A stretch of 64,000 nt of DNA from Dictyostelium discoideum (Eukaryota), in contig CM000152.2 in assembly GCA_000004695.1 (NCBI GenBank), positions 2,240,001 through 2,304,000 of the forward strand, read 5' to 3'. The position numbers and the translations under genes were made by a program. Positions within the stretch are counted from its first letter, which is position 1. Each line of letters opens with the position of its first letter. This document shows positions 14,040 to 26,763 of the stretch, piece after piece. The notes under the pieces were generated by a model. It searched no databases, was not told where the DNA came from, and saw only the letters and a program-made list of their open reading frames with translations.

Positions 14040-14696
14040 TAATTTTAATTTTTAAAATTCTTTTTACCAACACAACAATTTAGTTTTTATATTTAATTAT
14101 TATTATTAATAATATTTAAAAATACTTTTTAATATGTAAAGTAAAAATAAAAGAAAAATTGGGTATATGGTTTGATGGCACAATTTTAAAAAATAATAAA
14201 AAAAAAACCACACACAGTACATAAACAAAAATGTGGAATATATATATTTGGATTAAGGTGGTGGTGTTTATGTGTGAGTGTTGTTTTGAACGAAAGTTGA
14301 CTAAAAGAATAAATTTTTAAATTTATGTGGGTGTGTTTGTTTTTTTCATTTTCTATTTTAAAATAACGTGGGGTGGGGGTTTATTTTTTTAATGTGGTTA
14401 AATAACAATAAAATCTAAAGGTGCGTGTTATTTAAATAATTTTGAAGGGTGGTCATAATTTTAAATTAAGCCAAATTTCACCAATGAACACATATAATAT
14501 ATATCAAGTATGAATGTGTTAAATTTTAATTTTATAAAAAAACACGATAGCAAACAAATGAGATGGTTTGTTATTAAAAATATAGATTTGGAAGAAAAAT
14601 TATGATTTTATTTAAAACAACACAATTGAAAATAAAAAAAATAAAATAAAATAAAATTAAATTAAAGTGACTTTTTTTTTAATACATATATGTGAT

Positions 14697-14739
<43 letters not shown>

Positions 14740-14951
14740 CTTTTGTTGCAAAAAGGATACATTATTATATAAAATAAAATAAAATAAAAAAAAAGAGAAC
14801 CACAAAATTTTTATAAAACCGAAAAGAAACAATGAAATATATTTCAAGTAATATATACTTTTAGATTTAATTATTTAATTATTACAAAATTTTTTTTTTT
14901 TTTTTTTGTTTTTGTTTTTGTTTTTGTTTTTTAAAAAAAAAAATAAAATAA

Positions 14952-15009
<58 letters not shown>

Positions 15010-16959
15010 CAAAAAATGATAATCTAGATTATCATTATCATTATTATACATACCAATTGTTATTATGTTAGAGAAAAAAAAAAAACTATTGATTAAATAA
15101 TAATTTTATTTGCTATGGAAATAAATTATTACTATGATTATATAATAATATCGGATTATTTTTTATACTGATAAATTTGAAATTATTCTTTTTTTTTTTT
15201 TTTTTTTTTTGTTTTGTTTTGTTGTTTTTGTTTTTTTTTAAAAAAAAAAAAAAATTATATTTCTTGTTGTAATGTTAATTTCAAGATTATATTTATTGGT
15301 ATATTATTATATTTATTATTATTATTGTTGTTGTTATTGTTGTTATTATAAATTTTTATTTTATTGATTTTATTTGATTGTTATTATTGTTATAATTATA
15401 TTACTAAAATGGAGCTTTTTTCACTTCAATTATTATTATTACTTTAATATTATTATTATTATTATTGTTATATTACTTTAGGTTGATTTATTATTATTAT
15501 TATTATTATTGTTATTATTGTTATTGTTATTATTATTATTTCTAAAAAACTGAAAACTATATTAAAAAAAAAAAAAGGTATAAATGTTTGAGTATTTGAA
15601 TGTACAAAAAAAATTAATTAAAAAGAAAAAAAAAAAAAAATTTAAAATTTATTATAAAAAAAAAAAAAAAAAAAAAATTAATTTTTTAAAAAACTTTTCT
15701 TTTCCAATGTTTTTTTTTTTTTGTTTTTCCTTTTTTGGATCTTTTGTTGAAGAGATTTTTATTTGGGGAAAAAATTTAAAAAAAATTATAATTTTATAAA
15801 AAAAAATAAATAAACCTTTTGTCTTTTTCATCAATGTAACTAAACCCCTTTGTTCATTGGATAAAATTGTTGGCTATAAAAAAAGTTTTTTTTTAATTTT
15901 TTTTTTTTTTTTTTTTTTAAATTAAATCATCACTTGAGTATACAGATTGAATTTTTCCCAAAAAAAAAAAAAATAATTAAAAAAAAAAAAATAATTAAAA
16001 AAAAAAAAATAAAAATAAAAAAAATGTGAAATTGTAAAAAGACCTTTTTAGTAAATTTAAAACATACCTTTTTATATATTTGACAAAGTGTTTTGAGGGG
16101 ATAATATAAAATTTAGAAGATTTGATTTCGTAAAAAACAGCAGTGTGTGATGAAAAATCAATTTTGTGTCTGTGGTGTGAAAATTTTTTTTTTTTTTTTA
16201 ATATATTTATGAGAATTGGTATAAATAAAATTAAAATTTTTTAAAAAAAAAAAAAAAATTAATAAATATTGTTTATATAAAAAAAAAAAAAAATTTAAAA
16301 ATTAAAAAAAATAGTAAATAAAATAGTAAAATTTAAAAATAAAAGTAAGATAGTAATGGTATTTAAATGGTATTTGTACAATGAAATTAAAAAAATGATT
16401 TTTTTTTTTTTTTTTTTATAATAAAAAAAAAAAAAAACACTATTGTTAAAGTAGATTTTTTCAAAAAAAAAAAAAAAATTTTATTTTTGATTTTTTTATT
16501 TTTTTTTTTTTTAATTTTTTTTTAATTTTTTTTTTTTTTTTTTTACAAAAACAATCTTCGCCTCGTTTTGAATCGATAACATTTATTTGAAAAACAAAGG
16601 ACTGTTTCATATTGAGGTGGTTTTTTTTTTTTTGATTTTTTTTTTTTTTTTTTTTCGCCTGTCTTCATATGAAAATAAATATTTTTTCCTTTAAAACTAT
16701 TTTAAGTGCAAACATCATGGATGTGTGTGCGTGTTATTTTTAGGTTATTTTTGTTTGGTTATTGAACTAATTATAGGAATGAAATGGTTTTTTATTATTT
16801 TATTTTAAACTAATCTAATTTTATATCCACTTATTTTTTTCATTGGTTTGTATTTTTAACACATTTAAAATTTTTTTTAGCAAAAATTAAATAAAAGAAG
16901 ATTTAAATCAGCTGATAAAAAAAAAAAAAAAAGGTTTATTTTTTAATTTCTAATTTTTT

Positions 16960-17130
16960 ATTTTTTTTATTTTTTTACCTGTTTGGTTTTAATGATTTCT
17001 TATAATTTTTTTTTTTTTTTTTTTTTTTAATTTATTATTTTTTTTTATTTTAATTATTTTTTTATTTTTTTATTTTTTTTATTTTTTACCTGTTTCGTTT
17101 GACGATTTCTTATTATTTATAATTTTTTTT
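16960..17130. repeat. Two copies of a roughly 60-nt direct repeat (tttttttatttttttacctgttt[g/c]gttt..gatttcttat.atttttttt) in the 3' flank of the Pcf11-like gene.
   Basis: Direct comparison of 16960-17010 with 17070-17125. Confidence 0.6.
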
Positions 17131-17246
17131 TTTTTTATTATTATTTTTTTTTTTTTCAATCTTTTTTTTTTTTTTTTTTTTTTTTGAGATATTTAAAAAA
17201 AAAAAAAAAGAAAATTTAAAATTAATTAAAATGAAAAAATGATAAA

Positions 17247-17826
17247 TTAACCATCAACTTTTAATTTTTTATTTTGATTTTCGGCTTCGTTGTTATTATC
17301 GCTTAGGATACTAATAATAGGTTGAGGATTGGAATTTAATTGACTACTATCTCTTTTGAGAGAGGATGTTGGTGATAATAGTGAGGAAGAAGAGGAAGAA
17401 GAAGAAGTTGGGGAAGAAGTAGGTGAAACCTGTTTCTCATCAATAACACATTTAACATGAATAATTTTTTTAGTTTTATTATCAATTTGAACTCCTCTAT
17501 ACATCCAATCCTCCGACTCTCCATCCCAAAACTTTTCAAACTTTTCTCTACATACTGGACAACTTGTTTGATCATCATCAGCAACCAATGTTGGCTCGAT
17601 CTTTACTTCAACTTCTTTTTTGGTATCATTAAAAAATGGAATTGCTAATTATTATTATTATTATTTTTTTTTTTTCCAATTACAAAATTTTAAAAATAAT
17701 TTAAATTTAAATATAAATAGAATATTAAAGATATTAAAATAATAAGGGCATAAAATTTTAAAATAATTTAAATATAAATATAAATAGAAATATTAAAATA
17801 ATAAATATAAATTTTAAAAATAATAT

Positions 17827-17865
<39 letters not shown>

Positions 17866-18303
17866 AAAGTATTAGTTTCAAAAATTTATTTTTAATATTA
17901 TTATTATTAATTGTTAATTGTTAATTATTACTTACAAGGTTGCTCAGAGATATCGATGGATGGATCAAATTTAAAACCTATCCAAGATTCTTCTGGTAAA
18001 TACCAAGCTCTTGACATTGGATGTTTAGCACGTTTCTTTATTCTTTGATTGACTTTATAATGATGGTCCATGTGTTGATCCATTTTGTCTTGAGTTTTAA
18101 ATCTAGCTGAACATGTTTTACATTGCAATGGATAACCTTTATAAAGATCTTCATATAAACTATATTCACTCCTTTAATATATCAATTTTAAATAAAATTA
18201 AATAAATAAATAATATTAAAAAAAAAATTAAAAAAAAATTAATATATGGGTTGTATTAAAAATAAATAGTGTAAATAAGATTTGTCTTTTTCTCTTTCCC
18301 TTT

Positions 18304-18340
<37 letters not shown>

Positions 18341-18572
18341 AGATTTACCAAAAAAAAAAAAAATAAAATAAAAAAAAAAGAGGAAAAAAAAAGAAAAAAA
18401 AAAAGTAAAGAATAGTGATACACATATTATATATATATGAATGAAAATATGCAAAAATAAATACTTTTTATTATCAATTGATCCAGATTTGTTGAAATTT
18501 GATTCAATTGACAAAGGGGATTGAGAAGGAGACATTGATGATCTAAGGTTATTATTATTATTATTGTTGTTA

Positions 18573-18664
<92 letters not shown>

Positions 18665-20333
18665 ATTGATATTATTCATCATTGGTAAATTTGTTGATAG
18701 TTTTGGCTCGCCTAATTGATATTTATCTTGAAGTACTTTAAAATCAATTTTAAGTTTATTATATTGTTGTGGGGTATGTGGACCTTTAAACAAAGTGTTT
18801 TTAAGTTGTTGAAGGTAATTTTTTAATTCGTCAATTCCACTCTTCTCAGATGGTAGTCCTTCAAAAAACTCAATCAATGAAAAGAAATAATTTTGATCCA
18901 AAGTAATTTGTTGTGTATTGATGATTTGTTGAGGTTGTTGTTGAGGTGGTGTTATTTGTGACAATGGTGGAGATTGTGTTGCCTTTGGTATCATTGGGAA
19001 ATTAATATTTGCAATACTTGCAAAATATGATGGAATTGGGCTATTGTTACCTTTATTAAAATTATTATCCATATTTGGTGAATTATTATTGTTTGGGTTA
19101 TTCATATTAAACATATTATTATTATTATTATTCATATTATTATTATTATTCATATTATTATTATTATTATTCATATTATTAATATTATTATTCATATTAT
19201 TATGATTATGATGATTATGATTATGATTATTCATATTATTGGGCATATTTTGATTATAAAAGTTATTTGGCATATTATTGTTATTGTTGTTGTTGAGGTT
19301 CATTGAATTCATTCCTTGGTTTCTATTCATGATATTTTGATTATTATTCATATTGTTCATGATATTTTGATTATTGTTCATCATTCTATTGTTGTTCATA
19401 TTGTTCATCATGTTTTGATTATTGTTCATCATATTCATATTGTTCATATTACCCATATTATTCATTCCATTCATCATATTCATATTATTGTTATTATTAT
19501 TCATACCGTTCATACCGTTCATATTATTCATCATATTATTATTATTATTGTTATTGTTATTATTCATATTGTTATTATTATTAAATCCAAAATTTTGAGG
19601 AGCGCTTCCTTTAAATCTTGGATCGATTGGTTGTGGTTGTTGATGAAAGTTTGGATTACCTTGCATTTGATTTTGAGTGTTGAATGGTCTTTGTTGTTGG
19701 TTTGGGTTATTATTACCTTGGTTTTGGAATGGTGGTTGTTGTTGTTGTTGATTAATGGATGGTCTTTGTTGTTGATTTGGATTACCTTGGAAATTAACTT
19801 GGTGTTGAGGGGTTGGACTAACTCTATTTTGAAGTTGTTGTTGTTGTTGCATTGGTTGTTGTTGTTGTTGTTGTTGAATTGGCTGTTGTTGTGTTGGCTG
19901 TTGGTAGGTTGGTTTATTTGAAGTAGGGAGTGGTCTGCTACTAGTGCTGCTACTGGTGCTAGTGTTGTTGCTACCACTTTGCTTTTTTGGGAACATAATA
20001 GCAATTCTTTCAAATTCACTTGAAAGTTGTTGTTGAATTTGAGTTAAAAGAGCAGAATTGACCAAGGATCTTTCTTTCCAAATATTATAAAGGTTTAACA
20101 TTGATGACTTGGTTTGATCGTCAAAGCCTTGGAATGAGCTTACATAGATATCGACAATATTCTTTGAAAATATGGAATTGTAAACTTTGCTAACATTTTT
20201 ATTCAACGAGTCTAAAAGGTAAATTGAACATAATTTTGTTTTTGGTAATGCACTCTAAATGAATTTTAAAAAATTATAAAATTAAAAAAAAAAAAAAAAA
20301 ACATAAAATAAAATAAAAAATTAAAATAGAGAG

Positions 20334-20364
<31 letters not shown>

Positions 20365-20974
20365 AAAAAATAAAACAAAATCAAATATTAGAATCTACTT
20401 ATGTAATATACATATATTACTTATTTATCGTTACAATCTCATATATATATAAAAAAAAAAAAAAGAAAAATCAATTTAAATTATAAGAAAAAAAAAAAAA
20501 AAAGAAATAAATGGTTTTTATTTCTCATTATAATTTTTTTTTTTTGTTTTTTTTTTTTTTTTTTTTTTTTTTGTTTTTTTTTTTTTTTTTTTTTTTTATT
20601 ATTATAAAATTGTATTTCTTTGTTTTGTTTTGTTTTGTTTTGTTTTATTTGTTTATTTTTTTTTTTACTGTTATTTAAAATAATTACCTCTTTTATTTTT
20701 TCCTCTACCATTGTGGCAATTTCATTAGCTATAACTTTATAGATTGCTGATAATTGAGTTAAATCCTTTATGATAATTGCATCGTTGGTCTTTAAGTTGC
20801 TAACTTTGCTCTAAATTCATTAATCATATCAGTGTGAGATTTCTCTTCCATTCTTCCACCTCTAAAACTACTACTGTTATGGTTGTCACTACTACTATTG
20901 GAACTATTTCTTTGTTGCGATGTTGGTTGTTGTGTTTCTACTACTCCTACTGATACTTGTGGTTCTTCTGTCAT
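17247..20974 (-). CDS. Pcf11-like pre-mRNA cleavage/polyadenylation factor. N-terminal CID (RNA Pol II CTD-interacting) domain, very long N/Q/M-rich middle, two C-terminal Pcf11-type zinc fingers. At least 5 exons.
   Basis: CID exons (about 20686-20790 and about 18467-20244) read SKVSNLKTNDAIIIKDLTQLSAIYKVIANEIATMVEEKIKE and ...ALPKTKLCSIYLLDSLNKNVSKVYNSIFSKNIVDIYVSSF...MLNLYNIWKERSLVNSALL, resembling yeast Pcf11 ...KLTAFYALNDV... and ...LARLVHIWDERQVF. A GTATTT donor follows ...SGSIDNKK at about 18466. The exon at about 17938-18170 reads SEYSLYEDLYKGYPLQCKTCSARFKTQDKMDQHMDHHYKVNQRIKKR... (C2H2-like finger, donor GTAAGT). The exon 17247-about 17652 reads ...DDQTSCPVCREKFEKFWDGESEDWMYRGVQIDNKTKKIIHVKCV, which matches the Pcf11 C-terminal motif CPxCxExFEQyWDeEeEeWxxxNAi..dGKiyHpsC. 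The 5'-most exon (20792-20974, MTEEPQVSV...) does not join in frame to the next exon without an extra small intron, so the N-terminus is uncertain. Confidence 0.6.
18540..18665 (-). repeat. (AAT)n coding microsatellite (poly-Asn tract) inside the Pcf11-like gene.
   Basis: Perfect (att)n on the plus strand. The gene has many more imperfect AAT/CAA tracts across 19050-19900. Confidence 0.9.
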
Positions 20975-21385
20975 TATAAAAAAAGGCCCTATAAAAATAT
21001 AAAGAATATAAAAAAAACACTAATATAAAACAAATAAAAAGAATTTATTTTTTGTTGATACTAGTGTGGAAAATTTTGAAATAATAAAAAAAAAAATTAA
21101 AAAAAAAAAAAAAAAAATTAAAAAAATTCAAAAAAATTCAAAAAAAAAAAAAAAAAAAAAAAAAATTTAAAAAAAAAAAAAAAAATAATTAAAAAAATAA
21201 ATAAAAATCTAAATTAGGTGAGTAAATTTTGTTAATCCAAAAATAAAAAAATAAAAAAATAAAAAAAAAATAAAAAAAAAATAAAAAAAAATAAAAATAA
21301 AAATTTCCATATTTGTTTAAATAAAAAAATAAAAAAATAAAAAATAAAAAATAAAAATTTATATATAAATGTTAAAAAATAAATG

Positions 21386-21431
<46 letters not shown>

Positions 21432-21453
21432 TTTTTTATAATTTAAATTTAAT

Positions 21454-22870
21454 TTATTGATTTTGTTGTTTTAAAAAGAAATCTGCAATGAATCTTCTTT
21501 GAATTTTACCTGAAGCAGTTTTTGGGAAATTATCAGTGATAATGATTTTCTTTGGCACTTTGAAAGAGATTAATTTCTTTTGGAGGAATTGGGTGATTTC
21601 TTCGACTGTAATTGATTGAGGTACTTTTGGGATGACGGCAGCCCAAATCTCTTCGCCATACTTTTCATCTGGTACACCAAAGCAAACAGCTTCGAGAATT
21701 TTATCATTTTCCAAGAGAGCATTATCAACTTCCAATGGGGAGATTTTCTCACCACCTCTATTGATGATTTCCTTCTTTCTACCCTTGAGAATCAAGTAGC
21801 CGTCTTGATCTAAATAACCGATATCACCAGTGAGGAACCAACCATCCTTTGTAAAGTTATCAATGTTTGCTTGTGGATTATTATGATAACCATGCATAAC
21901 ATTCTTGCCCTTGATACAAACTTCACCTACATCACCTTGTTTTTGATGCTCGCCATTGTCATTGACAATACTAATTTGAACATTGAATCCCTTACCGACG
22001 CTACCAGGCTTTCTTGGACCGTCTTGTGGCAATGGGTTCGATGCCATTTGGTGGGAAGCCTCTGTCATACCGTAGGACTCAATTACTGGACAGCCAAAGA
22101 ATTGCTCCAATGTCTCTAATAAAGTTGGTGATAATGATGACGACGATGATCTAATGAATCTAAGTAACCCTTTGTTGGAAGAGGATGCAGAGGATGTGGC
22201 CGATTGCTCGACGTTGCAAAGAATTGTATGAATTGTAGGTACGGCACTATACCAATTTACAGAGAATTGTTTAACTTGGCTCCAAAATACACTTGCAGAG
22301 AATCTTGGTGGCACAACTAAACTAGCACCAGCATTGAATGTTGATAAACAAACACCAATTAAACCATGAACGTGGAATAATGGCATGACTACATATGAGC
22401 AATCGGATGGGGTTAAATGGAATGTTGAGGAAATGTTTGCACTTGAGGTTGCCAAATTTTCATGAGTCAATGGTACACCCTTTGGTCTGCCAGTGCTACC
22501 ACTAGTATGCAAAAACAATGCTTTGTCATCTTTATCTGGAACAGTCTCCAATTTAATTTTATCACCTTCATCCTCTCCTGAAATTGTTTCACTTGAGAAA
22601 ATCAAGTCATCTCCATTGCTTGGATCTGTAATTCTATAATAAAGTTTACCTTCCTTTTCATTTTCAACATTTTCAATTTCCCAAACTTTAATACCTAATT
22701 CCTTGGCTGATTTCAATGCTTCACTTAACCCTTTTTGAACAATAACAATATTTGCTCCCATATCTTTATAATAGAAATTAAATTCTTCACTCTTATATGC
22801 TGAATTTAATGGTGCTGCAATACATCTTGCAAATGTTGATCCCTTTTTTTTTTTTTTTCTTAAAGAATTA

Positions 22871-22911
<41 letters not shown>

Positions 22912-23171
22912 GAAAAAAAAAAAAAACTTACCAAGAAACATGATAAAATTGGATAACCATTTGTAATAACTAATGAAACTACATCACCAGTTTTAATACC
23001 TTTTTCAATTAATTTATTTGCAAAGCTAACTGAATCATTTAAAAACTTTTGATAGGTGATAGAGAGTGAACCAAATGATTGACTATCCTCTTTGGCAATA
23101 GGAATTGTTATCAATTTTTTTTTATTATCTCTTGAAGTTGTATCTTTGAAAATTTGATATAAAGTTGACAT
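21454..23171 (-). CDS. AMP-dependent acyl-CoA synthetase/ligase (4-coumarate:CoA-ligase-like / oxalyl-CoA-synthetase-like), 2 exons (exon1 about 22929-23171, intron about 22861-22928, exon2 21454-about 22860).
   Basis: Exon1 MSTLYQIFKDTT...ITYQKFLNDSVSFANKLIEKGIKTGDVVSLVITNGYPILSCFL has a GTAAGT donor. Exon2 reads GSTFARCIAAPLNSAYKSEEFNFYYKDMGANIVIV... and carries the AMP-binding box LHTSGSTGRPKGV plus YGMTE, GEVCIKG, DGWFLTGDIGYLDQDGYLILKGRKKEIINRGGEKISPLEVD and PKTASGKIQRR, which are canonical ANL-superfamily motifs. Confidence 0.85.
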
Positions 23172-23180
23172 TTTAAATTA

Positions 23181-23213
<33 letters not shown>

Positions 23214-23679
23214 TTGTGCAAATGAAATTAAAAATGAAAAAAAAAAAAAAAAATGGAATGAAAATTAAAATAAATAGAATTTTTTTTTTTTTCAACAACC
23301 ACTTCGTCTGGGGGATTCTGATATTAAAAAAAATAAAAAATAAAAAAAAAAATTAAAAAAAAAAAAAAAAAAATTAAAGATTAAGATTTTAATACCTCCT
23401 CCTTTTTTGTTTTTTCAAAAAATTATTTATTTTTTTTTTCAAAATATTATCTAGTCTGATTGTTTTATCTTTTTTTTTTTTTTTAAAACAACTGAAAATC
23501 ATTTTGGAAAATAAGAGTTTTTTTTTTTTTTTTTAATAAAAATAGAAACAAGAAAAAAAAAACAATAAAACAAAAAAAATCAATATTCTGAAAATTAAAT
23601 TCTACCTTTATTTTAATTTATAAAATTAAATTCTTAATTCTTTATTTATTTATTATTTTTTTTTTAAATAATTAAATCC

Positions 23680-23755
<76 letters not shown>

Positions 23756-24494
23756 AAAATAAATAAATATTAGAAAATCAAAAATTTAAATTTTGGTATT
23801 TTTAGTTAAAAAATAAAAATAATAAATAAAAAATGATAAGTTTTATTTATTTATTTTTTTTCATAACAATTAGTTTTATTTATTTTTAATATGGATTTAG
23901 TGTTATAATAAAGCACCCAAAAATAGAAAAAATGATATAAAATATAAAAAAAAAAAAAGAAGGCAATCAAAATATTATTTTTAAAATTTAATTTTTTTTC
24001 ACTCATTTTTAAAAATTTAAATCCAGATTTAAAAAAAAAATTAATAATTTTTTTAAAATATTATTCTTTAGGCGAAGATGAATTTAGTGAGTGATTTCAA
24101 AGTAGAAAAAAAGAAATTTTTTTTACCAAACAATTTAGATTGTAATTTGTTTATAAATAAATAAATAAATTAATTATTAGTAATTTTATTTTTTTTAAAT
24201 TTGGAAATAATTATTTGTTAATTGAGTACTTAGTCTATTTTAGGAATTTAAAAAATAAATAAATAAAAAAATAAATAAATAAAATACAACAAAAATAAAA
24301 TAAAATTTAAACATAATTAAATAAAATAATGAACAATATTGTTTAAAAAAGTTTTTTTATTTTTTTTTTTTTTATTTTATTTAATTTTTTTTTTTTTTTT
24401 AATTTTTTTTAGTTTCAAAATTTTTTTTTAATTTTATTCATTTCATTTCATTTTTTTTTTTTTTTGTCATTAATATATATAATTAGATTATTAT

Positions 24495-25670
<1,176 letters not shown>

Positions 25671-25775
25671 TCAACAAATAAAATAATAAAAATTGTAAAT
25701 AGGATAAAAAAAAAAAAAAAAAAAAAATAAATGTTAAATTTTCACCACAATTCAAAAAATGCACCAATTGGAAAT

Positions 25776-25810
<35 letters not shown>

Positions 25811-25878
25811 TTAATTGATTAATTAATTAATTTATGTTAAAATTTTATATTTTATATTTTATTTTATTTTTTTAAAAT

Positions 25879-26731
25879 TTAATAATCAGTTTCAATTACA
25901 CGAATAAAACCTTGACTTGAAGCAAATGCTAAACAATTTGAATAATTTGTATTTTTATTCCAAGAGACAACTGTTAGGTTTACTTTTGGATCAGGGAAAT
26001 GACAAGATTCTATTGGTTTATAAACAAACATTGATTTATTAGCAAAAACAGCTCTTTGATTTGGAAATTCTTTTAACATTTTTGGTTTACTTAAAAATAC
26101 TAATGACTCTTTTGAGGCTTCATCATTATTATTCTTATTTCTATATACTTGAATTTGTTTTTCTTTTTCACTAGTTTCTTCACTAGTTTCTTCATTATTA
26201 TTATTATTATTTTCATTATTTTGAATAGTTTGTTTTTTTAATTTTAAAGATTCATAATGAATTAATGCATTTGATTTTGATTTAAATTTATATTTTCTTT
26301 TATCATTTGAAATTGGATAAATTGTTAATTTACCATCAGAATCAACACTTGCACAATAATGTAAATTCTTTGAGAGATCGAAATCCATAATATCATTTTC
26401 ATGACAAGGTAAACCAAATTTTTGAAGATTCATTAAACTAAAAGTCTTTATATTTGAACCTTCAGAAATTAATACTGCTGGTAAATTTGAATTTTGTGGC
26501 CATTTCATTTTAGTCTTTGAACAGAAATCTCTTGAATTGGTAAATATTGGTAACGAAGAATTCCTTCTATCCCAAAATATAGTTGATCTTTGATAATTTA
26601 TTAAAAATTGATTCCTATCTAATGGATTAAATGTAACACTTGTAATATAATCCTTTTGATTATTACTAAATAATGGTTCAACAAAATATAATTCACAATT
26701 ATCATTATCATCATCATTATTATTATTATTT

Positions 26732-26763
<32 letters not shown>

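Noticed and set aside
19316-19921. 201-aa plus-strand ORF rich in I/H/V, and the 151-aa minus ORF 19564-20019.
   Set aside because: Antisense or alternate-frame readings of the AAT/CAA-rich low-complexity region of the Pcf11-like gene. They are compositional artefacts.
21570-22119. Small ORFs overlapping the acyl-CoA ligase gene on both strands.
   Set aside because: Alternate-frame or antisense ORFs inside a well-supported CDS.
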